This document shows positions 30,343 through 44,709 of a stretch of 64,000 bases of DNA, one piece after another. How positions within the stretch are numbered: position 1 is the stretch's first letter; each line of letters opens with the position of its first letter. The DNA lies in the NCBI GenBank assembly GCA_951406725.2, contig OX597830.1, positions 21,886,001 to 21,950,000 on the forward strand, read 5' to 3'. The notes beneath the pieces were generated by a model. That model saw only the letters and a program-made list of their open reading frames with translations, was not told the DNA's origin and did no database searches. The position numbers were made by a program, and so were the translations under genes. The stretch comes from Octopus vulgaris. Its lineage: Eukaryota.

Positions 30343-32321
30343 GTATGCACACATACACAAATTCAAATTTACTTCTATAATAACTATACTTATAAACACG
30401 GATCTTGTTAAATTTTCACAAGGCATAGAAGTGGCTGTGTGGTAAGTAGCTTGCTTACCAATCACATGGTTCCGGGTTCAATCCCACTACGTGACACCTT
30501 GGGCAAGTCTCTTCTATTATAGCTTCAGGCCGACCAAAGCCATTTGAGTGTATTTAGTAGACGGAAACTGAAAGAAGCCCGTCGTATATATGTTTATATG
30601 TATGTGTATATATGTATGTGTGTGTATATGTTTGTGTGTCTGTGTTGTCCCCCCAACATCGCTTGACAACCGATTCTGGTGTATTTACGTCCCCGTAACT
30701 TAGCGGTTCGGCAACAGAGACTGATAAAATAAGTACTAAGCTTACAAAGAAGAAGTCCTGGGGTCGATTTGCTCGACTAAAGGCGGTGTTCCAGTATGGC
30801 CACAATCAAATGGCTGAAACAAGTAAAAGAGTAAAGAGTAAAGAGAGATTATTTCTATAAAAAAAATGTAATTTTGCATGCAGATTCTTTTAATTCTTTT
30901 TTTTTTTTCTTTATGTTTTTCTCTAGAAATTAATTATTATTGAACATTCGAAAAAAAAAATCCCGTGAAAATTAGAAATATTTCAAGTTGTAAGAATTTT
31001 AACAAAATCCCACAGCAACCGTTAGCAGCATATCTGACGCCCTTCACAATAAGCAACTCCTCCCTTCCCTCCCTTCTTGCATGTCACCAATCTAAGGGAA
31101 GTTACTTGCACACATACAAAATAAGGTAACGTAAGGTGTGATGTGAGATAAGGTGTTCACAGTTTGTCTGAAGTAATGTCCCCTTGTTTTAAACACTGCG
31201 TCGAAGTGCTTCTGAAATATTAATAGAAGCCGTCGCTTGGTTTAAATGTTAAAATATTGAGGCGACAACGAGAGAAGATGAATCGTGTTGAGAGAGAGAG
31301 AGAGGTTGTCTTTTGTATATTTGTTTACGGTTTAGTGAAATACAACAGCAATTGTCTTCTACTATAGCTCCGAGCCGACCGACTTGGGAACGGACTTGGG
31401 AGACGGAAACCGAAAGAGTGCTGTCGTGTGTGTGTGTGTGTAACATATATGTAATGTGTGTGTGTGTGTGTATATATATGTAATGTGTATGCATGTGCAA
31501 TATATATGTAATGTATGTGTGTAATATATATGTAATGTGTATGTGTGTGTAATATATATGTAATGTGTATGTGTGTGTAATATATATGTAATGTGTGTGA
31601 GCGTGTGTAATATACATGTATTGTGTGTGAGTATGTGTAATATATCTGTAATGTGTGTGTGTGTAATATATAGGTAATGTACGTGTGTGTGTATATGTAT
31701 GTAATGTGTGCATGTGTGTGTAATGTATATGTAGCGTGTGCGTGTGTAATATATACGTAATATGTGTGTGTGTATAATATATATGTAATGTGTGCGTGTG
31801 TACATATGTATTGTGTTTGTGTGTGAGTGTGTGTGTGTGTGTGTGTGAATGTATATACTTCCTTTATCTTTTACTCGTTTGAGTATGTCTGCGGCCATAC
31901 TGGTGCACTGCGTTGAAAAATGTTTTAGTCGAGAGAAGCAACCGTAGTACAAAATTTTTTTTAAGCCTGGTACTTATCATATCGGTCTCTTTGCCGAACC
32001 GTTAAGTTACGAGAACGTTTGTGTGCGTGTGTGTGTGCGCGCGCGCGTACGTGCGTGTGTGTGTGCGCGCGCGCGTACGTGCGTGTGTGTGTGCGCGCGC
32101 GCGTGCGTGCGTGTATGCATATATTTAAATATGCATGCATATATGTATGTATGTGTGTATGTATGTTTGTATGTATGTATGTATGTATGTGTGTGTGTGT
32201 ATGTATGTATGTATGTATGTGTGTGTGTGTGTGTATGTATGTGTGTGTGTGTATGTATGTATGTATGTATGTATGTATGTATGTATGTATGTGTGTATGT
32301 ATGTATGTATGTATGTATGTA

Positions 32322-32354
<33 letters not shown>

Positions 32355-32425
32355 GTGTGTGTATGTATGTATGTATGCATGCATGCATGCATGCATGTAT
32401 GTATGTATGTATGTATGTATGTATG

Positions 32426-32592
32426 TACGAGGGAGCTGCTGGAAAATTCCTGGCTTTAAGGGTATCGCGAAAGGATTGGCTGGAAACCCAGCCTTCCAAG
32501 TTCTTTTATAGGGTTCAATGAAATCATAATTAACTGATCCTCCTGTATTTTCTTTTACCCAAAGCCAGGAACTTTTCAGCACCCACCTCATG
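32426..32592. mobile_element. Mariner-type MITE
   Basis: TACGAGGGAGCTGCTGGAAAATTCCTGGCTTT is inversely repeated as AAAGCCAGGAACTTTTCAGCACCCACCTCATG. Confidence 0.7.
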
Positions 32593-32937
32593 TGCATCAT
32601 CGTGTTTGTGTGTGTGCGTTTGTGAGGTGGGGTACATATACATATATACACGCACATATAGACACAGTTAATAAAAAAGTGAAAAGAGCAGTTTATACTT
32701 GATGTCGAATTGGTAAACAGCCAACTCAAATCTATAAATATACACATATGTAACTCGCATATAAAGACATATATACATATATGTGTGCGTGCATATATGT
32801 ATCGGACATGTGGATATCGGTCCCTCGATTTCTGATGTGTATACATGTATCTATGGATGATTTGTGGAGGCGTGTGGCTTAGTGGTCAGGGTTCTATGAT
32901 GTTAGGTACAAACGAGAATTCACTGTCAGGGTGCATG

Positions 32938-33640
32938 TACGTGGTCTGATTGATAAGTATCCGGACTGTTGCTATAGTAACGAAGCTAAAGCACAGAGAG
33001 TAAAACCGCTTGACACAGGTTGACCCTAAACTCTGTGCATATGCACTAAGTTTTAACGTTCTAGCTCACTTCCGCTGTTTACAGCAGTGCTTGGAAGGAA
33101 GGTGTCTAGCATGTGATCGTCGCATTGACCATGGCAGAGCAAGTTGAACAGAGAATCTGCATCAAATTTTCCCAAAAGATTGGTTATACCTGATCAGAGG
33201 CCCACGCAAAGTTTTCAAAAAGTTTTCATCGTTCTCGGCAAAATCAAGATATTGTGCAACTGAAACCCTAGTGTCTCTTTGGTCAGTTGAAAGCAGTTTG
33301 GGTACGAACTTGGCAGACATGCGTCTCGTACCCAAATCTTCATTGATAATGGACTGAACTAAACCGTAACTAATCTGCACATCCTCTGATAACTCAGAAC
33401 TGCACACACATCTTTCCTCACAGCTGCATGCACATCTTTCCTCACAGCTGCATGCACATCTTTGATGTTTTTCTCAGTTTTGCTAGTTGTAAGTCTCCCA
33501 GAACATTCGTCAATATCGACATTTTTTCGGCCATTTCGGAAACGTCTGAACCACTCGTACACTTCCGTACGGCTCATACACTCCTCTCAATACACTTTCT
33601 GCAACGTTGCGTAGACCTCTGAGCAGATATCACCATGAGA
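32938..33640. mobile_element. Mariner transposon relics, two 5' fragments in opposite orientation
   Basis: The + strand has a putative terminus and MAEQVEQRICIKF. The - strand reads MSRTEVYEWFRRFRNGR..D...SGR and ISYGLVQSIINEDLG.RRMSAKFVPKLL. Confidence 0.85.
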
Positions 33641-35289
33641 ACTTTCTCTATCATGATCACTGCGACGATCAGACCTCGTATGTGTGCCTGTATGTTCTTT
33701 CCCTTTTTAATTTACAGTAAATTTTGACCGGCCACCGACTTGTAAAGGAAAGTATCATGATTTAACAGTCATCCTTTAAATCTGAAGAAGGACTTGCAAA
33801 TTCTTATAATGCCAGAGTTCATGATCATTTCTAGTGTATGAGTTAGATCTCGAGATCCCCAAGTTCAGCCTTACTTTGCTCCAGACAGGTTGGTATGTAT
33901 CCTGTATGTATGTATGTATGTATGTATGTATGTATGTATGTATGTATGTATGTATGTATGTATGCATGTATGTATGTATGTATGTATATGTATGTAATTG
34001 TGTGTGCATTATGTATTATGTATGTAGGTATGCATGTATGTATGCATGTATGTATGCATGTATGTATGTGTATATGTATGTATGTATGTATGTATGTATG
34101 AATGTATGTATGTGTATATGTATGTAATTGTGTATGTGTATAATGTATTTATGTATGTTTGTGTATGTATGTATGTATGTGTATATTTATATGTAATTGT
34201 GTATGTGTATAATGTATTATGTATGTATGTTTGTGTATGTATGTGTATATGTATGTAATTGTGTATGTGTATAATGTATTTATGTATGTATGTTTGTGTA
34301 TGTATGTATGTATGTGTATATTTATATGTAATTGTGTATGTGTATAATGTATTATGTATGTATGTTTGTGTATGTATGTATATATGTATGTAATTATGTA
34401 TGTGTATAATGTATTTATGTATGTATGTTTCTGTATGTATTTATGTATGTATGTATGTATGTATGTATGTATGTATGTATGTATGTATGTATGTATGTAT
34501 GTATGCATGTATGTGCTAAAAAAAAACCTCTATAAGCATTAAAAAAAAAAACAGTAAAACCTAACCGAATATAGAACTCATTACAAGAGCAAAAGAATCG
34601 GGTCGTTTCAGTAGCGTTATTAACAGTCGACATGCAAGTTAATGCCGGTCATCGACCTCACAATTTCTGACGAGGCTGACGACCGATGAATCTTCGAAGT
34701 CAGTATCAATGAAATTATGCAATTCTGGTCTACGTATGCTCTTTTTACGCTTTACTCTTTTACTTGTTTCAGTCATTTTGACTGCGGCCATGCTGGAGCA
34801 CCGCCTGTTAGTCGAGCAAATCGACCCCAATACTTATTATTTGTAAGCCTAGTACTTATTCTATCGGTCTCTTTTACCGAACCACTAAGTTACGGGGACG
34901 TATTTGTGTATATGTGTGTGTGTGTGTGCGTGCGCGCGCGTGGCAGTGAGCCCCTTTAGACCACTTTTAAAGTTCATATTATGGTCGCATTTTAACTTCT
35001 GGAAATAACACTCAATTTAAACGAAAGTTGATGCATCGGTTACGCATGTCCTACAAATGGAGGAGCGAATTTTAAATCCCCCCCTGACTAAACTTTAGGT
35101 TGCTTAGTTAACTTCAGGATGTTTGAATTTAATTTTGCACCCGGTTGTCTCCCCTGTGTAATTTCACCATAATTAAGTGTGGAATGGGGAGTTAAATTTT
35201 TTGTCTTGAACTTTGGCGTCATTTCACACTCCTAGCCAAGAAAGCACGATTTAACCCAGGTGTAAATGTTAACGCTTACTGTATGTGGG

Positions 35290-35706
35290 TTGTTAATTAC
35301 CCCACAGAATTTCTTAACACCCGAGAGCCTCCTGGATTGCCACCACACTTATTACTCCTCAGGAATTTGGAACTCGTCTGGTCGTCCAAAACACGATGCC
35401 TCATGTTATTGAGGCAGCAATACTTACAGGATGTGGTATGGGGGATACTGTCTTCATACCAAGGATACCTCTCATTCCATCCGGTAAAGACAATCCTTTC
35501 ACATTCAGAAGGCTGCAATTCCCCTCTCCGGCTCAGTTTCGCCATGTCGATTAACAAACCACAGGGTCAGACACTGACGGTCGTAGGGCTTAATTTAGAA
35601 GAACCGTGCTTCTCCCATGGTCAACTATATGCTGGTTGCTCTCGGGTGGGAAACCGACATAACCTTGCGAGAAAATCCAAAATATAATCTATAAGGAAGT
35701 TTATAG
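35290..35706 (+). mobile_element. Helitron Pif1-family helicase C-terminal fragment
   Basis: EFLNT.EPPGLPPH, VFIPRIPLIPS (shifted frame) and PLRLSFAMSINK.QGQTL..VGLNLEEPCFSHGQLY.GCSRVG. Confidence 0.9.
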
Positions 35707-36423
35707 GCGCCCTATTCGCCAACAAGTAATCATTGTTTTTTTTTGTTTTTTGTTTTTATAAGTGCTTACATTTGCTGTATCCGTGTGCTATCTTTATCCT
35801 TTTGACAATACCACGTACGCATGTGAGGTTGCTTTTGCTATACGTTATAAATAAATGTTCACTGTCTCCATTTTCCGCATTTATATGTTGCTATCACGCT
35901 TTGCTATCGATGTTCCGCAGTTTTAACTTAATTAATCTACTTTTCCCTACATCTTATTTACACATTTTTTGACATTCCAGCGTGATCTTGCCAAGGCCAT
36001 TTTTGTGGCCACCAACTTTTACATGCATTTTTAGGTTACAATCTCAAATAACAAGCAAAGCAAATACGACACACCAAAGTGGTGTAAAGGACTTCTTAAG
36101 GGCCACCATCTCTAATCGGAGTCGTCTTTGCAGACAGCTCCGCCGCTGGGACTTTTTAGAATGAACTATCCAATGCCTTCTTCAGGGTAAGATTAAATTG
36201 TTACCATCGGATTCATCTTTGTTGGCAGCACCACCGCAGAGGTATTTCATAGAGAACGTTCAAAGGCCCTCTTTAGGGCCAACACCTGTAAATTGTTACT
36301 CCTATAGTCGTGTTTGACGGAAGTTTTTCGGTTCATTTGAACGACTACTCCATTGAGTAGGCCTCTGCTAGTGCCAAATAAAAGAGCAGTCAATCTGTTT
36401 ACACACATATTAAATCTAGTAGT

Positions 36424-36750
36424 GTGTGAAGATGCGTGACTTAGTGGTTAGGATAATCGGCTCACGATCGTAAGGTCGTGAGTTCAATTCCTGGGGTCGT
36501 GTTGTGTCCTTGAGCAAGACACTTTATTTCACATTGCCCCAGTCCACCCAGCTGGCAAAAAGGAGTAGTACCTGTATTTCAAAAGACCAGCCTTGTCACA
36601 TTCTGTGTCACGCTGAATCTCCCCGAGAACTATGTTAAGGGTACACGTGTCTGTGGATTGCTCAGTCACTTGCACGTTAATTTCACGAGCAGGCTGTCCC
36701 CGTTGATCGAATCAACTGGAACCCTCGTCGTCGTAATCGACGGGGTGCCG
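36424..36750 (+). mobile_element. tRNA-derived SINE (head B, tail type 2)
   Basis: Matches 60163-60488. The tail matches the reverse complement of 5665-5850. Confidence 0.85.
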
Positions 36751-36912
36751 TTCTCTTCTCAAATCTTGTAGCTCCTGAAAACTGATTCTACTAATTTACA
36801 TACCATCAGTGTCAACTCTTTATTTAATATCAAGGGGGATCTCGGTCCACACAATATTAATGTATGATATATAGGCGCAGGAGTGGCTGTGTGGTAAGTA
36901 GCTTGCTTACCA

Positions 36913-37141
36913 CAGGCGGTGAGCTGGCAGAAACGTTAGCACGCTGGACGAACTGCTTAGCGGTATTTCGTCTGCCGTTACGTTCTGAGTTTAAATTCCG
37001 CTGGGGTCGACTTTGCCTTTCATCCTTTCGAGGTCGATAAATCAAGTACCAGTTACGTACTGGGGTCGATATAATCGACTTAATTCCTTTGTCTATCCTT
37101 GTTCGTCCCCTCTTGTTGCCCCCTTGTGGGCAATAAAGAAA
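36913..37141 (+). mobile_element. SINE nested inside another SINE head, 18-bp TSD
   Basis: TAAGTAGCTTGCTTACCA at 36895-36912 and 37142-37159. Confidence 0.9.
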
Positions 37142-37706
37142 TAAGTAGCTTGCTTACCAACCACATGGTTCTGGGTTCATTCCCACTGCGTAACACCTTG
37201 GGCAAGTGTCTACTATTATGGCCTCAGGCCGACCAAAGCCATCTGAGTGGATTTGGTATACGGAAACTGAAAGAAGCCTGTTATATGTGTGTGTGTGTGT
37301 GTGTGTGTGTCTGTCTGTCTGTTTGTCCCCACAGCATTGCTTGTCAACCGATGGTGGTGTGTTTACATCCCCGTAACTTCATCCTTTCAGGATCGATAAA
37401 ATAAGTACCAGTTGAGTACTAGGTTCGATGTAATTGACAATCTCCCTCTCCCAAATTTGCCGGCCTTGTGCCAAAATTTGAAACCAATATATGTTAAAAA
37501 AATATATGTATGGAAACGTACAAACATGGAAAATTTAACTGTCTACATAGATTAGAAAAAAAAATTAAAGAGCTTTAATCGATTTTTGACTCTCACTGGA
37601 GTCTCATCAGTGATGTCCACACAATTTGATCAATCCCAGAGAAATAAGCTACCAGCGCATTTAAATAAACATTAAACCTCATAGCTTCAGTGACATTTTA
37701 TTTTAA

Positions 37707-38150
37707 TACAAGCAAAACGCCCCCCGTCCAATGGACGGTGCTGAGTTGTAAAACATTTAAACCAAATTTTCTCAAAACTTGTCCGACCGTCCCATAGGCC
37801 TCCCCTTTGAGAAACACTGATTTAACCTAAATTTGAGACACCAGCAAAAGAAGAAATAAAGAGACTTTTTTTCTATTCCAAAGAAAAACGATTTTATTCA
37901 CACAACGCGTAGTATCGATTGCAACAGCTGATGTACTTGCGCATACAAATTCACGTTTCCACGGCTTTATCGATCGCATTCTCACCTGGAATCGATTTTT
38001 GTAATTTTTTCAAGACTTATACACGCCCTGATACCGTCGGTATCTACATATCAAATTTGAGCGCAATCGGATGGAGGATGCCCGAGATCCTAGAAGACAC
38101 ACACACACACACACATACACACAGAACGGATTTTATAAAATAGATTAGAT
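37707..38150 (-). mobile_element. Probable non-autonomous Helitron
   Basis: The minus strand begins ATCTA.., contains a (GT)n tract and ends with a CCGTCCA-T-TGGACGG hairpin just before CTTGT (CTRR-like). Confidence 0.5.
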
Positions 38151-39473
38151 GACTGCCAACAGAGAACCCAGTTCACATGGTATAAGGGTATAATATAATA
38201 TAATATATGTAAGCTTATGGTAGTAGACATAAAAACGTGTCAAAGTAACTGGCTTCTGATAGACACACGCATACAAATATCTAGTTCTACAGACACATAA
38301 ACAATAACGTTTTCTCTAACTCTTGAGATTTCAGATTAATAACAAGACGAAAATCTATAGACGTTCTTAAACTAAACGTTAAGAAGTGAGAGGTTAAGTT
38401 AAGCTTTCTGCTTCTTCGGCAGCGATCACTACACATCAAATCTGGTTGGAGTCAGCTTCATCTTCTCCTCTTCCCGCAGTCGATAAAATAAGCCAAAATT
38501 TCATTTTGGCATTTTACCAAAGCAAGGAAATATTGCTGGGCCATAAATAATTTAAACTGTATTGTAGTTCTTTGTGGTTTTACTATATGAAAATAATCTT
38601 GATTCTTTTTGGCTTGGCACAAGACCAATTTTAGTAGGAAATGGAATATGTTCGACTGACTTGAAATATGGTAAGATAACTTAAATTTGTCATGAGCCCT
38701 AGGATTCATAAATCCGGAGCTTAACCTAATTTCCGTATCGCATAAGTGTCTGAGATTACAACACTCTCTGCTCTCTGAACGGGACGTCGATCTGTTCACA
38801 GGGTTAACTTCCCAGCTATTGCTGGAGCTTATTTACAGCTCAGTGGACTGAGGCAACGTGGAATGAAGTGTTTTGTTCAAGAACACAACGTACAGCACGG
38901 TCCAGAATTCGAAACTGTGATCTCACAATCGTGAGTGTGGCACACTAAACACTGGCCCACACACTTTCACGTGATAAGATTACTGGTATAAAATTTCATC
39001 CACACTACAATGGCCTAGCGTGGAGTACACAGGGTGAGCGACCGCAAAGTGAGGGCAACTGTAAAGAGCGACCACAAAAGGCAACAGCAGACGACAACAG
39101 CAAAGGGCGACCACACAGGGGAGGCCACTCTGTATATGTGTGTTCGCTTCCGTCGAAGGTATGTTTCGTTTAAGTAAAGGGGCAGGCAATTTGGCTCCCG
39201 TACGGAGGTTGTTGGTGGAGAACCCACTCTATGCCTCAGTTGCACCAGTTGACTTCGTTGCTTGTGATTCTGGTTTATGTGGGAGTAAAATTTAAGGACA
39301 ACTCATTATTTATTTGCCTTACCTTACCTTACCGTGCGTTGCTTGGAGGCTGTATAGATAAGAAGCTCACTTTACAGCCGCATGGTTTCGAGTTCAGTTC
39401 CGCTATGCATCACCTAGGGCAAGTGACTTCTATAGAAGATACTTGGTAGAGAGAAAGTGTGTGGAATCCCATC

Positions 39474-39540
<67 letters not shown>

Positions 39541-39779
39541 ACGGGCTTCTTTCAGTTTCCGTCTACCAAAGCCACCCACAAGATTTTGATCGGCCCGAGG
39601 CTATAGTAGAAGACACTTGCCCATGGTTCCACGCAGTGGGACTGAACCCGGAACCATGTGGTTGGTAAACAAGCTACTTACCACACAGCCACTGTGAATT
39701 TTTTTCCTTAGCGAAGTTGAAAAATTATTCTATATTTCACGGTTGGCAGCCAGGGTTGCTGTGTATGTGAACAAATATC

Positions 39780-40016
39780 CAAGAGTTAAGGAGTGGAGTA
39801 GATAAAATCCGGGCTGCATATGTTTTATAGCGAACAGAACCTCGGAAGTAGTAAATATTCAAGCGTGGTGTGTACCGCAGGCTACTCTTCAAGCCAAAGG
39901 TAGCCTGAAGGGTACCCTGCGGTATACACCTCGCTTGGATATTTACCACTTCCGAGGTTCCGCTCGCTATGAAACATATGTAGCCCGGATCTATCTACCC
40001 CATTCCTTAATTCTTG
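39780..40016. repeat. Long hairpin: ~115-bp inverted arms with an 8-nt loop
   Basis: 39780-39894 is the reverse complement of 39903-40016, with mostly transition mismatches. Confidence 0.9.
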
Positions 40017-40313
40017 TGAATGTGTGTGTGTGTGTGTGTGTGCACGCGCGCCTTTGTGCCTATGCCTATGTCCCCGTATCTTAGCTGTTCGGCAACACAG
40101 ATCGATGGAATAATTAGCAGATTTTTAAAAAGAAACACGAGGATCGATAAATTTTTTTAAAAATTAGGATAAAGAGAATAAGTAGAGGAGGACATAAGGT
40201 TTCGAACAGAACTCATCAGAATGATAGAACTCTCTTTTATATATTAGCAAACGAGAAGGACTCTACGTGGTCTGCTAGAAATAGCAACTAGATCAATTTC
40301 GAATGACTCTCTT

Positions 40314-40552
40314 CAGTAGTTCTCAACCTCCTTTTTTTTTCTTTTGCTTATGGACCCCTTTGATTCCTATTTTATCTCCTAGACCCTGAGAAACATTCAG
40401 CGTTTAAAAAAGTACCATTATATTTTTTTTATTAGATATTAAGAACTGTATTTTTTAAAATTCTTGAAATATTTCGTGATTTGTAGAAGTATACCCATTT
40501 TATTGCAGATAAATTTTAGCAGCAAAATCAGGACCCCAGTGGGGAACTACTG
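40314..40552. mobile_element. hAT-like MITE
   Basis: Short TIRs CAGTAGTTCTC and GGGAACTACTG, with internal GGACCCC motifs. No clear TSD. Confidence 0.55.
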
Positions 40553-40809
40553 TCTTAAATAAAGGAAATGACGCATGGGAAAAGACAAGGTGGCCACGGT
40601 TGGAATGCTTTTAATCATAAATCAAACTGACCAAGGTTTACAACAACGGAATATAAAAAAAATGAATGGTAAGAGTTGAGGGCGGGTGGACGAATGTAAA
40701 TGAGATCAATGGTAATAATTAATAAGTCTATATAAAACAGGTCTTGTATTGGACATGAACTGGACAACACACACTCACACACACACACACACACGCACAC
40801 ACACACACA

Positions 40810-40869
<60 letters not shown>

Positions 40870-41113
40870 GAAACACACACACTTTGTTTTTTGTTTTGTT
40901 TTGGGGGGTTTTTTTGGTGGGGGGTTTCACACATACATTAGATATTTACCACTTCCAAGATTTCGCTCACTATACAACTATATACTATATACTTTATACT
41001 ATACAACTTTCTGTCCTCCCCCACCTTCCCCCCCTCTCTCTCTCATTGTAAATATACACATGCATGCATGTATAAATACATACATACATACTTAGACAGT
41101 CAGACAGACAGAC

Positions 41114-41182
<69 letters not shown>

Positions 41183-41286
41183 CATACATACATACATACA
41201 TACATACATACATACATACGGGGAGACAGACAAACAGACAGATACACAGACAGACAGATACATACATGCATATATAGATATAAATA

Positions 41287-41332
<46 letters not shown>

Positions 41333-44273
41333 GATACATACACACACATTCATACAGCCTTACTCACACACACAAACACACACATCCATTTATTTCCTAA
41401 TACAACATACATTCATCAGATACACCAACGAAGAAGCCTCTGTTGGTTATTTTGATATGCTAAAAATAGCAGTCAAATTTCTTTTTCCACCGTCTAAAAA
41501 ATGAGACATTCCGGATAATGTGGTACTGGCTTCTTTGCACATAGGAAAAGTGATAGTCACCGCTGGAATGTCTTATCATATGTATCCTCAATCAGGGCTG
41601 ACCTAGGGTTAAACAACAACCACCGATACATAAAAAGGCCATCAACATCGACACCATCTCCAACAACAACGCCACCACCATCTCCACTACCATCATCACC
41701 ACCACCACCATTGTAAATGAATTGTCATGTCCCTACCACGATACCTCACGAAACACCAGCAGTGGATTTGATCTCAGAAACCTGGAAATGCTAGATGACA
41801 GCTTTATCCTCTCCCCTAGTTTTGCCACTCCATAGACACACACACACATACACACACACATACACAAAGACGCATATACACATACAACACACTCACACAC
41901 GAAGACACATACACACAAATACAACACACTCGCGCACCCCATATAAATTCACTCATACTCTGACACCGACAGAAAGACTTCACTCAACATTGGCACTCAA
42001 AGAGTTACCTCCCCTACGAAAAGTGATTTTCCTTCGTCGAAGTGAAGAAAATTTTTTGGTCGTTTCCCGGTTCATTTGGTCTCCGTTTCTGCAACCTGAT
42101 TGATTCCTACCAACTTCTTGCAGCGATTTTTACTTTGTTTGTATTGTGTTTGGTTTAATTGCTTACATTTGATGACAACAACAGTAAGTAATGTCTTGTC
42201 ATCACTTTCTCTTTTCTCTTCGTTGAAAAAAAAAAAAGAAATGAAGGTTTCTAATTTTTAACCAGTGCCGAGTACTAAAATGGAACAAGAGGTGAACTCT
42301 GAAAATTGAATGCGTCAATCTAGTTTCGGTTCCCGGTTGAAGTCAATTCACTTCATTTAACATCTTTGTTTTTAATAATGCCTTTGTAAAAAAAAAAGTT
42401 ATTGTGGACTTGGCTACCGGTTCGCCCTTAAGGACAATATATGTATATATATTTTGTATTTGCGAAACCCGGAAAAATAAAGTATTATTTATTGCTATTG
42501 AAGGCAGTCGGATTTTGGTTCGCCTTTCAACAATTGTATGTGGCAAGATAAGACAGACACCCCTCAAGTGTTCCTGAGACCTTCATTTTGTTACATTATA
42601 AACGTCACAAAATCCGCCAACTTGTGTCTTCGTAAAATAAGAAGAATTGTTTCCAAAATAAGTAAAACTAATTTCGTAAGACACTCGTCTGAATTTTCAT
42701 ATTTCATAATGGTTCATATTTCGTTGTTGTAATGATATCGTATGGTAGCAGGCGCTAGCAGATTCTGGCCAAGATACTCTATGAAGCAAACAAATGTTCT
42801 ACCTTGCGGTTCTTTTTTTATTTTCATGCTTATAATCTCACCCAAGTTTTTGTTTTTTCTCTCTCTCTCCTCCATCCTTCCTTTTGACTACTATCGAAAA
42901 TAGGACTCGGAATTCCAAGGAAATGTTACCAGCAACTATTCGAGTTCTGTCGCCAAATGTAGAGGAATTTTTCATTTATCTGCTTAACGTCACAAAACCA
43001 GACCTCAGCACCGGTCTTTATTCGCTTAATAATTCCTTAATCCCTACACTAACCCTGTTATGTTGAATGTAAATGCATTAACAGTAGTATCCGATCGATT
43101 CGATTAACTATTTTTCCCTCTAAAAAATGTATTTATTATATTATTTTTGGTGAATATATGACAGCGAGATATTGTAACCTCCTTAACCGTGCACCCACCC
43201 TCTTTTGAATATTTTTCTTTAAAAAGGGAAAACTATAAAATGCAGAGGTTTTGTTTGGCTGCTTGTTTTTCCTAAAGGTTCAACGTTAAAAAGTTTGTAA
43301 CATCAATTAATCTAAAGATTAAAGAGGGCGCCTGTAGCTTTTTGTCAGGCAGTCTCGGATAACAGTCTACGAGAGGATTGCAGAAATTGAGTGAGGATAG
43401 CATAGTTGATGTTTAGTACGAATTACTACAATGAGGGGGTGAAGAAGGGTGGATTCGGGAAATTCAGTTCTTATGAAGAAAAATCAAGTCTATCATTTGT
43501 CTTCGTAACAATCGCGATTGGTAACGACTTCACCAAACTGCCCCCATCAATCATTTCGTTAAGATGTGCAACATTTGGAATAAAAGGAAAAAATGATAAT
43601 TATATTTTTTCGTTTGCATCAAGATAATGATGATAAAAACATTTTTTTTTTTTCTTAAGGGAGTATGTTACCTTATGTAGCAAGTAGGGTGCGATGTCAT
43701 TTGCCTCGGGTACCCAGCCCTACATGACACTCAAGCCAAGGGAACGAACTTAAATCGGAAACCCTGTACTTTATGCAATTAGGTCATTAGAGCTCGATAA
43801 TCGTGGCGGCAATGGTGATGGTGTTGGCTACTACACATTGATGATGATGATGATGATGATAGTAGCGGTCTTCCAAATGATAGCGATGACAGTGATGTAG
43901 GCGAAGGGGGTTTATCGATGAAAATGGGTCCACCTTGTGACTATCGACATCTCAAATCACATGACAATTGTTACGAACCATTCCTTGTTTTATTCGATTA
44001 TTACGCTCAATGACGATGACAACGGTGATGACGATGGTAGTGATGGTGATGACAACTATAGTTGTAGATGGTTTCACGTCGAAAACTACCCTGCCACTCG
44101 CCGTCATATGATTATCAACCAGTGGCAGTCAAGGATTATAAAAGACTAATTAATGAATGAATAAAAATGAATAGATGGTGTTGAAGTTTTCCGGATGTGT
44201 CTGTATGTCATTCTCTGTCTGTCTGGTTGATTCTCTCTCCCCATCTCTTTCTCTCTCTATCTATCTATTTCCC

Positions 44274-44315
<42 letters not shown>

Positions 44316-44709
44316 CCCAGTGCAGTTGCTTGACCTTTTGTGATCAGATGTATTCATCAATGGGTGATTAGTCTTCTGGCATCAGAGAAAGTCATTGAAG
44401 GAGTAAATGAAATTAGCCATAGCTACTTATCTCACCCAGACTATTGCCTAAGCCATACAAGGATTATACACATGCAGAACAATGCTAAACAAATGCCAAC
44501 CAAGCCACCTCCACACAGTTATTCTTATTCACCATCTAAAATAACTGTAGGCCATAGCAACTGATGGAGCTTTTATGTGATCTCTCAACTTGCTAGAAAT
44601 AGCAGTCAAATCTCTCAACTTACTATAATCTTTTTAAAAAATAACCCTAACCAGCTCTAAAAATTAAATATAGTTTTTACTGATTAGGCTTGTCTATGAG
44701 GGGCACTAG

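Noticed and set aside
40191-40237. Minus-strand CTGATGA...GAAAC...GTC hammerhead candidate
   Set aside because: The core is canonical, but no stem I or credible stem II can be formed.
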